A stretch of DNA of 64,000 nucleotides from Heptranchias perlo (taxonomy: Eukaryota): contig NC_090361.1 in assembly GCF_035084215.1 (NCBI RefSeq), positions 11,036,001-11,100,000 on the forward strand. Direction: 5' to 3'. The position numbers and the translations under genes were made by a program. The notes beneath the pieces were generated by a model. That model worked only from the letters and a program-made list of their open reading frames with translations. It was not told where the DNA came from and did not search any database. Shown here in pieces: positions 24,101-34,825 of this stretch. The first letter of the stretch is position 1. Each line of letters begins with the position of its first letter.

Positions 24101-27100
24101 ATACATGATATATGCAAGCATTTAAAACCAAGCTTTCGTCCTCTGGCTGTAATTACCTGGTACTCGAGGCTAAAATTTTGTATCTGCGAAGACTGCCTTT
24201 TATTTGTCAAACAAATGTTGGTGGAGTTTTTGAAACTTGAATCAAATGTCAGCTGTTTCTGCTTTGTATCAGAGGAAGAAGGGTATAGGTGGTCAAGGCA
24301 GGAAGAGGAAGCAGTCAACAAGTAGCACTGAAGACCCTGAAAACAAGCAAGCAAAAACAGACGATGGTGAAGATTCTGATGCTGGTACTGTACAGTGAAT
24401 TATTACTTAGTAAGACCTTGTGTCCTAAGTTTCCAACTGAGTTGAGTTTAATTTTGTACGGTGAAGAATTGAGAATTAATCCATGATGAACTGGAAATTA
24501 TTGGAACATAATGCTGTCAAATTTCATTGAGAAATTCAAGTTACTCAGCTTACGATGCCTTCATAGAGTAACATATGTATTCTCTGCATGGAATATATTA
24601 ATTGCTGAGGAATGGGTATTTCATTGAAGTTCAGCACAGTTCTCTCCGTCTTGATGGGCATGTGTGCGATCTAGTGAGCTGCTTGTGTGTCATTCTGCTG
24701 TGTATTGCATGGAAAATTGCCTTAGATTGCAGTTGCGAGGAAATGTGCAGATGTAGTCTACTCTGAAAGACCAGGTTTGAAATAAAGGCAGTGGTCCCTC
24801 ATATGAGGGTAAATGCAATATTTAGAATGGTATTGCGATATACAGATGATAAAGGTTTTGGGTTCAATCTGAGTAGGCTGAACTCAGCTGCCATGCCATT
24901 AGGAGTGCAACAGTTGGTTTTGGCATTCCTATGCCAGTGGGGGGAGAATTTCAGGAGGGTTTCCTCCTCCCTGATGATCCATTTACTCCTGCTGGAAAAT
25001 ATGGGGAATGGATGATGGCAAAGGGCAGAATTGGTGTCCACTGTGATGCAGTCTAATAGTTCATTGATGTTCATTGGTTAGGCTCATGCATGAAGTGCCA
25101 CTTGGGACTTGGCAAACCTTATTTTACCCAACATATGGAACTGTAGCATGGGGATGTATCCGAGAGTGGGGGAAGGACCGATGCGCTACACTGGTGGTGT
25201 AATATTGTTTCGAGTTTAGGACAGGCATGAGATGAGCATAGGCAAGTTTGAGTCCTGGTCTGGAGTGCTGAACAAATGTGGCTCACAAGGGATGCGATCA
25301 GACGACCTCTTTATACTGGTGCTGGCTAAAGGGGATCATTGGCCTAGGTCATGCTGTGCACTTGGGGGTCTTGTACATTGCAACTATGTGGAGAAATATA
25401 ATTTGCAGGAAAAGAGGTCCAAATGAAAATCGGGGGGAAGCGGAGGAGAAATGAATGATTCTGCTTCCAGTCCATCAATTGGAGTGACTGAAGAATTGTG
25501 AACTGTCTGTCCTGTGGGGAGTTTGTGAAATAAAGATAGCTGGGAAAAAATACAAATAAAGAATGCTAAGCTCACACCCAGTGAAAGCAAGATTGTGGTA
25601 AAATCACCATTGATTTAACAGGATACAATTGCCAATTATACAGCCATTACTATTATTGAAACCCTTCTATGTTGGTCAGACACGATGACCTCTATAACTA
25701 TACTCAGAAGCAATTGTTTTTGTTTCTTTTTTGTAGAAGACAAGGATGACGATGGGGTTGATTCAGTAAGTACTATTTTTTGTTGAAGACTATCTCCAAA
25801 AGTACCTGAATAGAGCCAGGACATATGTTGGAATATACAGTCAATGCCATTAATGGGAAAGTGTCATTTTCTAGTATGCTCTGCTTGAGCACAAAATTTA
25901 CCTAGTTTTTAAAAAAAAATTGAATATTTTCTTTTATAAAGCGTAGTAGGGGCCTGGAATTTTAGATTTAATGTGGCTTGCATCCTTTTCAGGGTGGTGA
26001 GGACAAGGATTCAAGTGAGAAGGGAGAGAAGAAACCAAAGCGTTGTAAGTTACTTCAGGGATTTCTCTGTAAACATAATACATAACTCCAGGTAATGCAA
26101 GAGAACTCAGACCTGTGGGTTTTTTGTGTGTAAATATTGATATGTTATACACTCTATTCATTCCTCTTCCGTAAGAGGACAGCCTGGACTAAAATAATCT
26201 GGGCTTTCCTTGTGGCTGAGTAAATTTAACGTGAGGGTCCCAAGTTTGATTCCTGGACTAGTTTGTTCTCGGTAGAGGCATCCCTAGATTAAGGAAGAGA
26301 AAACTGGCTGGGGTTCTTGCATAGAAGCAGATTTCAGCTAAGGACTGGGGAGAGGGGGCAGTGCTCAGCTGTGATGCTGAGGGGCTCTCTTGTAATTGCT
26401 TTTGTTACCATCCCCACATCATTACCTCAAGTTCCCCATGGATCTATCTTTGGCCCCTTCCAATTTCTCATCTACGTGCTGCCCCTTGGCGAATTAATCC
26501 AAAAACATGTCAGGTTCCACATGTATGCTGACGATGCCCAACTCGACCTCACCACCACCTATTTTCAACCCTCCATTGCTTCTTGTCCGACTGCTTGCCG
26601 CACTTCCAGTCCTGGATAAGCTGAAATTTCTTTCAGTTAAACATTGCGAAGACCGAAGTCATTGTCTTTGGCTCCTGCCACAAACTGTTCCCTAGCCAAC
26701 CGATTCGATCCCCCTCACTGGCTAAACAAGATTGTTTGCAACCTTAGTGTCCTACAGTACACTGGCTTGTGCCAATTTAACAACGTCTAAACATGTAATA
26801 CTTCACACTGAACATATTTAAATTTTGGTTTTGTATGTTTCAAAACCCTAACACCAGTAATGCAGTATGAAGAAAATATAATGCTTAAATTATGTTGCAT
26901 TTCTGGATCTGCAGTATGTACTAAAACAGTCTAATCACTACATTCCTCTTCCTACCTATAATGACTGTTAGCTAATCCTTACTTTTTTTGCTTTCTATTA
27001 GTTCCTACTATGCAAGAGAAGAAGAAGTCTGGCAAACCCAAGAAGAATAGGGACCGCCTCGCAGAGAGGTACTGATCAGTGATACTATTGATATTTTGAC

Positions 27101-30100
27101 CAGGATTCAGAATGTCTTGCAGAAAGAACCATTAACCATTTACCCACCTGTTGCAAAAATATGCAATGCTATAAGCTGGGTTTCTGCACAGTGTGCTTAA
27201 AGAAAGGTGGGAGCTGACAATAATTGGTGTAGGGCCCCCTTCATCCCTCTTGTTTCAGATGCTGTCTGTCCATGCAGTCAGAGAGAGGAATTGGGTGAAT
27301 ACTGTTGTGCCATCCTATCGTATGAGTTAACCATTCTGTAAACTACTGGTTATAGAGCTGCTTCACTTATGCTGGGGAGGTAATTCCATCTAATGGCATT
27401 CATTTCTCTGCTGGAAGAGGGACTGGCATTGCCTTTGGCATGTAAAACTTGGGCACTGGCCCACAGTATTGTTCAGCCTTGACCCTTCTACATCTACTTC
27501 AAAGTAACCTCGCCATAAAATAAGTTCTGCGCAATTGTCCTTTTGACTCTTGCATTTTGTTCTTGCTTTCGTGCCCCAAAATTGCCAATGTAATTTCATT
27601 TGAGTTTTTAAGTACCACTTAAAAGGCTGTCTAATATCTCGGGAAGAGTAAATAAATGTTTTATAATTGCCTGACTCTGGCCCCAGGGCTGGATGGTTTC
27701 CAGTGTTAATCCTGGTTTGTTTGTTTGCAGAATAACCTATGCCTGCTCGGTCTGTAAGTTCCGTACATTTGAGGATGAGGAGATTGCTGCTCACATGAAG
27801 AGCAAGTTTCACAAGGAAACTTTAAAATTCATCGGGACCAAACTCAAAGCTCAGACTGCTGACTTCTTGGATGTATGTATATTGCTGCTTTTTAAAATCT
27901 TCATTCTAATACAGGATATTGAAACTGCAGGCCTGGGTTTAGAATCTGTCCTTGAAAGTTCAGGCAGCTCGGCCCTGTGTGCTTATATTATTCATGGTTT
28001 TCCCCGTTTGAAACTTAGGCTGGAGGTTTGGTGCTGTTGCTTCACTGGTAAATAAATTCTAAAGCAGAACACCAAGGCCTGTTAATATCAGAAGCTTGAA
28101 CTATGAATTAATAGAAACATAGATTTAAACTTTAAGCATGGACCTCTGTGGCATATGGACAAAAAAACTTGACACCCATGCTCTAATACTGCAACCAACG
28201 GTGTCTGGTTTAGCAACAGATTGCTTTGTATTTTCCTCATTCAAGTTTTCTCTTCCCCTTAAAGGCATTGGCTTGTTCTGGATTTAATTTCCACTTTGCC
28301 TAGAGCATTCAGGGATACTGCAGCTGAACCTGGACCACTATCCACACGTGCACAGTCAGCTTGGGTTACTGGATAGTAATCAGAAGCAGAAACCCTGGTC
28401 ATTGTTTCATTCTAATGCAGAGGCCAGTTGAGTATTCCCATTGCCACTCTGGCTGATGACGACTAACTGCACTGACCAGGGATCAAACGTGGGATCTCCT
28501 TGTCTTTTTGAAGCTCTACTGGTGATTTGTTGGCTTAAGCATTTGAGTTGTTGGAGGAGCTTTTAATGTAGGGCAAATTTGGTTAATCGTCTGTCAGCTG
28601 AGCAACTTCACATACTTAATAAGTTAATCTGATTACTGCGAGTGAAAATGGAGAATAATAGACTTCTGGGAGAGTGTTAATGTGATGGAGTCTAATTGAG
28701 ATCAGAAGTCCAAAGCCATCACATTTCAAACCAGTATTTCCTAACCATCATCTGATCCCATGAAATCATACAGCTTTCATTAATTTTAAACAAACTGGTG
28801 TTTTTGTTGGCTTGAACATCAAAAAAATAGGAGCATGAGTAAGCCACATGGTCCCTCGAGCCTGCTCTGCCATTCAGTCAGATCATGGCTGATCTTCGAC
28901 CTCAACTCCGCAGACCTGCCCGATCTCCGTATCCTTTGATTCCCCTGAAAAAAATCTATCTATCTCAGCCTTGAATATATTTGCAGTTGGTGTGCTTGTT
29001 GTGCAGTGTTATGTCCATGATGAAGGATTAATAATTGTGAAATACTTATGCAATCCATATAGACTTTTTAAGTCTCTTTTCCTGAAGGCACTGAAACTAA
29101 GGTTCCATAGATAGTTGGCAGTCCATTGGTACCTGACCGAAGCAGCCATTCTTCGGATGTGAGCCTGAGTGGTGCAATTTTGATGGGCTATGCAACTGCA
29201 AGGCATCACGCTTGAGCCTGATTCTATTCACGCATGTACACTTCCAGCAGGGATCACTAGTTAGTCACAGAAGTGTGACTTTTGATTCTTCTCTCGGGCC
29301 AGCTTTAATCTTGACTGAGATGGACTCAGACCAGAGATCATACCTGTGACCTACCTGGTCCATATGCATCACCAATGATTCAATTAGCTACTGAGCAAAT
29401 TGAGAGCCGACTGTCTTTAATTCATATGCATGCTAATGGTCTCTGAATTTTGTTTCAGGAGTACATCTCGAACAAGAACAAGAAAACGCAGAAACGTCGG
29501 GAGCAGATTGGAGATGAAACCATTCTGAAAAAGCAGCTGATGCAGCAACATGATGTGCTCCAGGGTATGTCGGAAACTAACACTGCAAGCATTTAACATC
29601 AATGATTAATATTCATTTGCATTCTATTATAGATATCTTTTCTGTAAATGACCCACATGCAACCTTGTGTATAAAATGAAATTGTTGATCATACTTTTTA
29701 TTTCTGTTGTGTTTTTGTCTGGTTTCTTACTGTGGTGTAACTAAGGCAGGCAGTCTGAGAATGTGGGAAATGAATATTATAGACACTTCGGGTGCTTTTC
29801 AGATGTTTGGTGGGGGGACAGCATTACCATCTCGAGCCCATGCATTACCTGTTCTGGGAGTGTTTAATGGTGACATGTTGCAAAAGAAGGGTAAAGGGCC
29901 ATTCTACAGTACTGATGTCTCATCTTGATCATAAAATTCACCTCAAAATTATTATTGGCTGTGAAATTTCCAGTGCAGGCATGAAGCTTGGTGAAATAAT
30001 ATGTAGCAGGTTATATTAAAACTCTACAAATAACATCTGTTTGAATTCTGGTATTGTGTGGTACACCACTTGCGGTGCTATTTTTAACTAAAGTATTGGA

Positions 30101-33100
30101 GTGGGCAGAATCTGTGCATGTGTCGGGCAGGATTCTTTTCTTTCACTATATTGAAATGGCAAAACTGGATTTGTCTTGATCTTCGGTGCTTTGGGTGTCT
30201 CTGAAGGATAGGGTTGTTGGGGGAAGAAACTGGAATGCCTATCGATGATTCGTGGATAATGGTCTCCTGGAGCTTGTTGGTTTGTCTTGGGAGGTTCAGA
30301 AAGAATTTCCCAGAGCCACTGAATTTCCCCTACACCCACCTTCCCCATTTTAGTTTTTTTGACCTACAGCAGTTAACATTACTAGTGTTGGAGAGTGTGT
30401 GATGTCTAATGGATCAGGTGAGTATTGATGGGCCTTATGTTGTCGTCTTGCCTTTTCTTCTAATGTGGGAAGCTTACGCATTATAGTTGCTAGATAACCT
30501 TATCTTCTCCATTAATGCGAAGGTTTGTTTTTATACTTGTGCTGTGGAATATAATTGTCACTTTAACGTAGTCCTGTTTCTTTCCCAGAATGCCTTGCTT
30601 GTAGGAGAGGCATTGACTGTTCAGCCACTGCTGTGAAAGTATGCTTGGTTTCTGTATGTTGTGGTTTGCAGGGTACCCATAGAAGCTGGCCCAGCTGACA
30701 GTTAATGGGCGTCAGTTAGTTTTTGTATAGTGGCCACAGTAAGGCTGCCATTGACTGGAGGGTCTCTTCTCACTAGTTTAACTTTTAAATTTATGCATGT
30801 AGCAAATATAATCTTTTTTTGTTTTTTCTAACATTGACCCTTTATTCTGCTACAGGAATTGGTATGGAGCAGTGCATGAAAAAGGTGGAGGCAGCTCATT
30901 GTATGGCATGTGATCTGTTCATTCCTATGCAGACTGGCTTCATCGGACAGCACTTAAGGTCAGCTGAGCACACCAGGAACCGCAAAGTAAGTGGTGGAAC
31001 AGTTTCAGCACAGTGTGTGTGTGTATGGTAACTCATGCTGGGTAAAGTTCTACAAGTGGCAGTGGTCTTTTATCTCCAAAAAGTGGTCATTTTAAGTGCC
31101 CATGAGTTAGTCTAACATTTGGAGTCATCACAAGCCCAATTCAGTCTTCACTTGGGTAATTACGTGTGTACGTCCAGCAGTTGTCAGTGGATCATGAAGT
31201 GGGTGCTTTTTTTTCCTATTGCTCTTTTTAGTCCATGGACACTGGAGCCAGTTTAGTTTAGCATCCCCACTGCTGCCTGGCTGTGATGAGAACTCTGGAT
31301 CAACCCTCTTCTGACTCGGCCCACTTAACCATGCTATTAGGGGCTAGAGTTTTGTGTTTTTTGAAGTGGGTTTCTTTGATAAGTCGCCCCATAAGGAGGG
31401 TTGATATTTATAATTTGGGATTTATTTCAGCCAGTGGGATCCATTGACAGTGTAGCAAGTACCATCACCAATCTCCAAGCAGCTATTGACTTTGCCCAAG
31501 CAAAAGCAGTGTGAGGTGTGTTTCCAGTTGATTTACAATGAAGTTTTCTTCGTATCGCAGAAATCATTTTTTAAGTGGTGACAAAATAGGGCTGCAATGG
31601 AACTTCCATTATGTGCCTTTTTAATAGAACTTGGCAGATAATTGACTCCGCAAAGTTTGCTCTTGTACATGTCATATTCTAGGCATGGAAATGAAAAGTA
31701 ACTGAAGAAATGTTATTTGGCGAGAAGAGATTGAATTGAAATAAAAGGAACATTGTTGTTTCAAAATCTCAATTCTGGGGCAACTCTGGTGAGTAATAGG
31801 GAAAGTGAAAAGTGGAGGATACATTGTGCTACTCATTGTACACATTTTAGATATGATTTTAAAAGAAATACTTCTGTATAAATATGGGTTTAGTTCTGTG
31901 CCATCGGTATTGTGCTGAAAAGCTGTATAATCCATGAAATTCCACCTTTATGCAGTGTTAACTTGCTAATGTTGCTTCCCCTTACCAGGCAGCGATTGAG
32001 AGAGCCAAAAAGGGTAGTCTGGTTATTGCTAAGAGCATCCTGAATAACAGCAACATTGCAACAATGTTGGAGAAATATGTCAAGGTAAGGATGTAGTACA
32101 TCATTTTCCTTAAAAGCTATTTGTTTTTTGTGCTCAGTCAAGGATGTTGGTGCCGAGAAGGAACACTTTTCACTTAGTCTTATGTTGAATTCCCAAGTCT
32201 GATTTGGCATAAGATTGATATGAAGCAACACTCCCTTAACAGTTCAAAAATGTGCTACAGCTCACAACTCAGACCAATATTTCCTAACATTTTATTTCCT
32301 GTGACAGGTCATTTTTTTGTTCCCATTAAACTGGACTGCTTAATCTGTGCTCAATTTGTATCCAGTTTCCTGTTCAGGAATCACACCCACTATGAACTGG
32401 ATTGTGCAAACAAATTTCACGTAAAATTGTAAAGCTTAGAGGAGTTTTTGACCCTGATGTGGATGAGACCAGTTCTGAAGTGAGACGGAAACATTTTGTT
32501 CTGTCACCTAAGGTCTCGGGTGATGTTAAAATATAGAAATTGCATCTGGAATTCCACACTCTGTTCCTTGATAGCAGGGCTAAAGTCAGACATCCCATAT
32601 AAAAGGACAAAATAGCCTTGCCCTAACTTCTGAGTCACATCCCATCATGGTCAAAACTCAACTATATCTAATGCTGCTTGTTATAATTCTTTCCTTCACA
32701 GGGTGAAAAACCATTCACTGATGATCCAGATGACAAGGATGAAGAAGAGGGTGGCATGCATGAGGGTGAAGGTGAGGGTGAGGGTGAAGGTGATGGTGAG
32801 GGAGAAGGGCTCAATGATAGCACCAATGATGGAGGGAAGAAAGAGGGAGATGGTGGTGAAGGTGAAGGTGAGGGCGAGGGTGATGGTGAAGGAAACATCA
32901 CTGCAGAAGAAGCAGCAGATAAATCTGAGGAACCAGTTAATGCTGCGGATGAAGAAATGGAGGCAGAGGCAGAGGCAGAGCCTGAAGCTGAAGTGGAAGA
33001 CTTGGGAGAAGGAGAGGATGATGCAAATGTAAGCAAGGACCCTGAAGAGCCACTTGGAGCTGATGAAGATAAGATTCTGGAAGGAGAGGATGATGCATTA

Positions 33101-33124
33101 CCATTTGATACAGATTTAGAGTAA
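5392..33124 (+). CDS. akap8l: Gene A: AKAP95-family zinc-finger protein (AKAP8-like), 13 coding exons, ~634 aa
   Basis: Exons 5392-5410, 20689-20736, 21717-21933, 22902-23364, 24273-24384, 25737-25765, 25993-26044, 27002-27068, 27731-27872, 29459-29564, 30856-30986, 31989-32084, 32702-33124 sum to 1905 nt in frame with GT-AG; motifs [60 protein letters not shown]. The symbol rests on tandem position and NIIP/LExD residues; AKAP8 vs AKAP8L orthology is ambiguous. Confidence 0.9.
6237..6410 (-). mobile_element. CR1 LINE 3' end fragment
   Basis: aatcatagaatgatacagcacagaggaggccat.. reverse-strand CR1 tail. Confidence 0.7.
7637..8495 (+). mobile_element. 5'-truncated CR1 LINE
   Basis: [25 protein letters not shown]-terminus; ends ggccaaatggcctccttctatgttgtaacctttctgattctat. 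Confidence 0.9.
9800..10260 (+). mobile_element. Degenerate L2 LINE fragment
   Basis: Similar to L2 RT C-terminal region (ccacatccactccattactaag..cccattacccctgtcctc). Confidence 0.55.
10265..10450 (+). mobile_element. Deu-domain SINE 3' half
   Basis: aatatttatccctcaaccaacattactaaa..gctatataagtgcaag matches 17430-17628. Confidence 0.7.
11255..13425 (+). mobile_element. CR1 LINE, ~2.2 kb, decayed ORF2 reverse transcriptase
   Basis: ORF fragments [61 protein letters not shown], broken by stops and frameshifts; CR1 tail. Confidence 0.95.
13855..14445 (+). mobile_element. Two CR1 3' fragments (13855-14000, 14085-14445)
   Basis: [22 protein letters not shown] plus CR1-type tails. Confidence 0.75.
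17185..17628 (+). mobile_element. Full-length tRNA-derived Deu-domain SINE (SacSINE1-like)
   Basis: tRNA-like head gtggctcggttggtagcac; core gagacgttaaaccgaggcccc; L2-like tail ctatataaatgcaagtc. Confidence 0.85.
18745..19068 (+). mobile_element. L2 LINE 3' end
   Basis: cctccagccctacaaccctctgagatc..gccttcagctgccaaggccctaagctgtggaat..tataaatgcaacttgttg. Confidence 0.8.
20005..20069. repeat. 28-bp tandem repeat, ~2.3 copies
   Basis: ctgatggttga(t/c)ctgatcctggagcatc x2 then ctgatggtt. Confidence 0.85.
20689..20736 (+). CDS. akap8l: Gene A exon 2 ([17 protein letters not shown])
   Basis: tctcttag|AG..CAA G|gtgatt, phase 1/1, YG..WN like gene B exon 2. Confidence 0.7.
21150..21665 (+). mobile_element. 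CR1 LINE 3' fragment
   Basis: ttggaaggg..tgatctaattgaggtatttaaaa..gaatggcctcctcctgttcctatg. Confidence 0.8.
21717..21933 (+). CDS. akap8l: Gene A exon 3 (YG/N-rich, [13 protein letters not shown])
   Basis: tgttag|GG..AAC AG|gtatct. Confidence 0.92.
22902..23364 (+). CDS. akap8l: Gene A exon 4 ([22 protein letters not shown]..)
   Basis: tttcag|G..GGC|gtaagt. Confidence 0.93.
24273..24384 (+). CDS. akap8l: Gene A exon 5 (NLS GRKRKQ)
   Basis: gtatcag|AGG..GCT G|gtactg. Confidence 0.9.
25737..25765 (+). CDS. akap8l: Gene A exon 6 ([10 protein letters not shown])
   Basis: ttgtag|AA..TCA|gtaagt. Confidence 0.82.
25993..26044 (+). CDS. akap8l: Gene A exon 7 ([17 protein letters not shown])
   Basis: ttttcag|GGT..CGT T|gtaagt. 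Confidence 0.85.
26410..26755 (+). mobile_element. L2 LINE RT fragment
   Basis: [21 protein letters not shown] motifs. Confidence 0.8.
27002..27068 (+). CDS. akap8l: Gene A exon 8 ([23 protein letters not shown])
   Basis: ctattag|TT..GAG AG|gtactg. Confidence 0.87.
27731..27872 (+). CDS. akap8l: Gene A exon 9 (zinc finger 1)
   Basis: [38 protein letters not shown]; ttgcag|..|gtatgt. Confidence 0.95.
28820..28980 (-). mobile_element. CR1 3' tail fragment
   Basis: aataggagcatgagtaagccac..cctcgagcctgctctgccattc..gatcatggctgatc. Confidence 0.7.
29459..29564 (+). CDS. akap8l: Gene A exon 10 ([16 protein letters not shown]..)
   Basis: tttcag|GAG..CAG G|gtatgt. Confidence 0.93.
30856..30986 (+). 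CDS. akap8l: Gene A exon 11 (zinc finger 2)
   Basis: [36 protein letters not shown]; ctacag|..|gtaagt. Confidence 0.95.
31989..32084 (+). CDS. akap8l: Gene A exon 12 (AKSILNN..MLEKYVK)
   Basis: taccag|GCA..AAG|gtaagg. Confidence 0.93.
32702..33124 (+). CDS. akap8l: Gene A exon 13 (GEKPF, acidic (GE)n tail, stop)
   Basis: ttcacag|GGT GAA AAA CCA TTC..TTA GAG TAA. Confidence 0.92.
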   Translation, partial: GEKPFTDDPDDKDEEEGGMHEGEGEGEGEGDGEGEGLNDSTNDGGKKEGDGGEGEGEGEGDGEGNITAEEAADKSEEPVNAADEEMEAEAEAEPEAEVEDLGEGEDDANVSKDPEEPLGADEDKILEGEDDALPFDTDLE

Positions 33125-33377
33125 CTTAGTATGACTTGCTGAAAAGATGTGGACAAATGATTATGTTCCCCAGTCATTCTCTGAAGCTTATACTAGTTTT
33201 AACGTTTCTCATTGTTTGACTTGCCAGTAGATTTGTGTTATTGCTGTACTTGAGTTCCAGCTGATTGTTTCATTAGTTTCATGAGTCTAGTAAATGCTCC
33301 CTATGTACTGTGCTGAATGGCTTTTCACAATGATGTAGACCGTAATCTCTCCTGAACCTTTGTGTGGAACATTTTAC

Positions 33378-33383
33378 AATAAA
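33378..33383 (+). terminator. Polyadenylation signal of gene A
   Basis: First AATAAA ~250 nt after the stop, with GT-rich sequence downstream. Confidence 0.65.
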
Positions 33384-33534
33384 CATTCTTTCTATAATCG
33401 GACTAAAGTGGTAATCTGTTGGTCATGTTCAAACAACTTTCTTCAGAACTATTTACTGTGAAAGTTCTATGTATTTGCAGTTGCAAGTTGTGGAGCTTTC
33501 TGATTTTGTAAACCAAGACGCTCCAGTTTATTAG

Positions 33535-33870
33535 AACAGAAAATGCTGGAAAAACAGCGGGTCAGGTGTCATCTGTGGAGAGAGGAAGGTAGGGTTGATG
33601 TTTCAGATCAACCTTCCATTAGATTTACAGATCGCCAGCTTATAAAAGAGGAATGGAGCTGTGGAAATTGGGATGGGGAGAAAATAAAGAATGGTCTGTG
33701 ATTAGGTGAAGGAATGGAGATGATTCGATGACCGTGTTAATGGTGTGACAAAAGGAGGCATTACAGAATTAAAAGTTGTATTGAAATCCAGAGGATGTGT
33801 AAATAGTTACAGCAGAATAGCAATTAAGTTGGGCAATTCTTAGCGATCCGATGAAAGCACTGCTTGGCCA
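33535..33870. mobile_element. Degenerate Penelope-like element fragment
   Basis: aacagaaaatgctggaaaa..ggtcaggtgtcatctgtggagagagg..gttgatgtttcag resembles the common chondrichthyan PLE-type terminus. Confidence 0.45.
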
Positions 33871-33873
33871 TGC

Positions 33874-34158
33874 GACATCATGAGATAAATTTAAAACCGA
33901 AATAGACCGTTTTCTAGAAGTAAAGGGAATTAGGGGTTACGGGGAGCGGGCAGGAAATTGGACATGAAGCTGAGTTCGGATCGGTCAATGCCCTGTGGGT
34001 GGTGGAGAGGGCCCAGGGGCTGAGTGGCCGGGTCCTGCTCCTACTTGTGTTCTTTAGATTTGTGGTTGGGATCAGATCAGCCATGATCTTATTGAATGGC
34101 GGAGCAGGCTCGAGGGGCCGATTGGCCTACTCCTGCTCCTATTTCTTATGTTCTTATG
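33874..34158 (+). mobile_element. Young CR1 subfamily 3' end
   Basis: Near-identical to the reverse-strand copies at 34826-35105 and 51703-51990. Confidence 0.9.
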
Positions 34159-34332
34159 CCCCATACACGTGCAGAGTAACGTCAGTGTGAAGAATCTGAC
34201 TCAGATGGTTGCCTTACACCCATTCAAACACAAAATGCATATCTCTCACTTACAAATGCAAGGGTATAGATTTGAATTACTTTGCCTCACTTGGCTTCCC
34301 CCTCAAGAAAGTGAATTGTCCATGGCTATAAC

Positions 34333-34384
34333 ACCCAGTTGGGGTGGTATTGGCAAATACCCAGTTGGGGTGGTATTGGCAAAT
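34333..34384. repeat. 26-bp perfect tandem duplication
   Basis: acccagttggggtggtattggcaaat x2. Confidence 0.9.
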
Positions 34385-34825
34385 ACTCTGTCCTTGCTTA
34401 GTGCTGTTGCTGTCCCATGCAGAAAAGTGGGGTGGGTGTTTGCCCTTTTAACTTGAGCCTTGTTAGAGACTTCAACAAACTTGTCAATTAATACCTCAGT
34501 TTCTGGTTCTTTTTTGGTTTTTGTTTTGTCACCTTGCCCACATCAGATTTTAAAAATATAGCAGGCAACTCTTGACCTTTGCAGGGACACAAATGTAGCT
34601 GCATAATCAGATTATTGAATTTCAGCTGAATATGGGAAACACTTTATCTCCTGGGTTTGGGATATAGAGGATTTTTTCATTCAATTAACTTCCTTGCTGC
34701 TTGGAACTCTTTGTGGAAAAACAATCTCCAACTGAAGATGACAAGCATTTAATCCCCTCTTAGGCCTTCAGCAATGCCACTTCTTTTGCTGCAATTTTCA
34801 CCGCTCTCTTGAAGAAAGTATCTTA

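Noticed and set aside
32668-33177. 169-aa minus-strand Ser/Pro-repeat ORF
   Set aside because: Antisense shadow of the (GE)n exon of gene A
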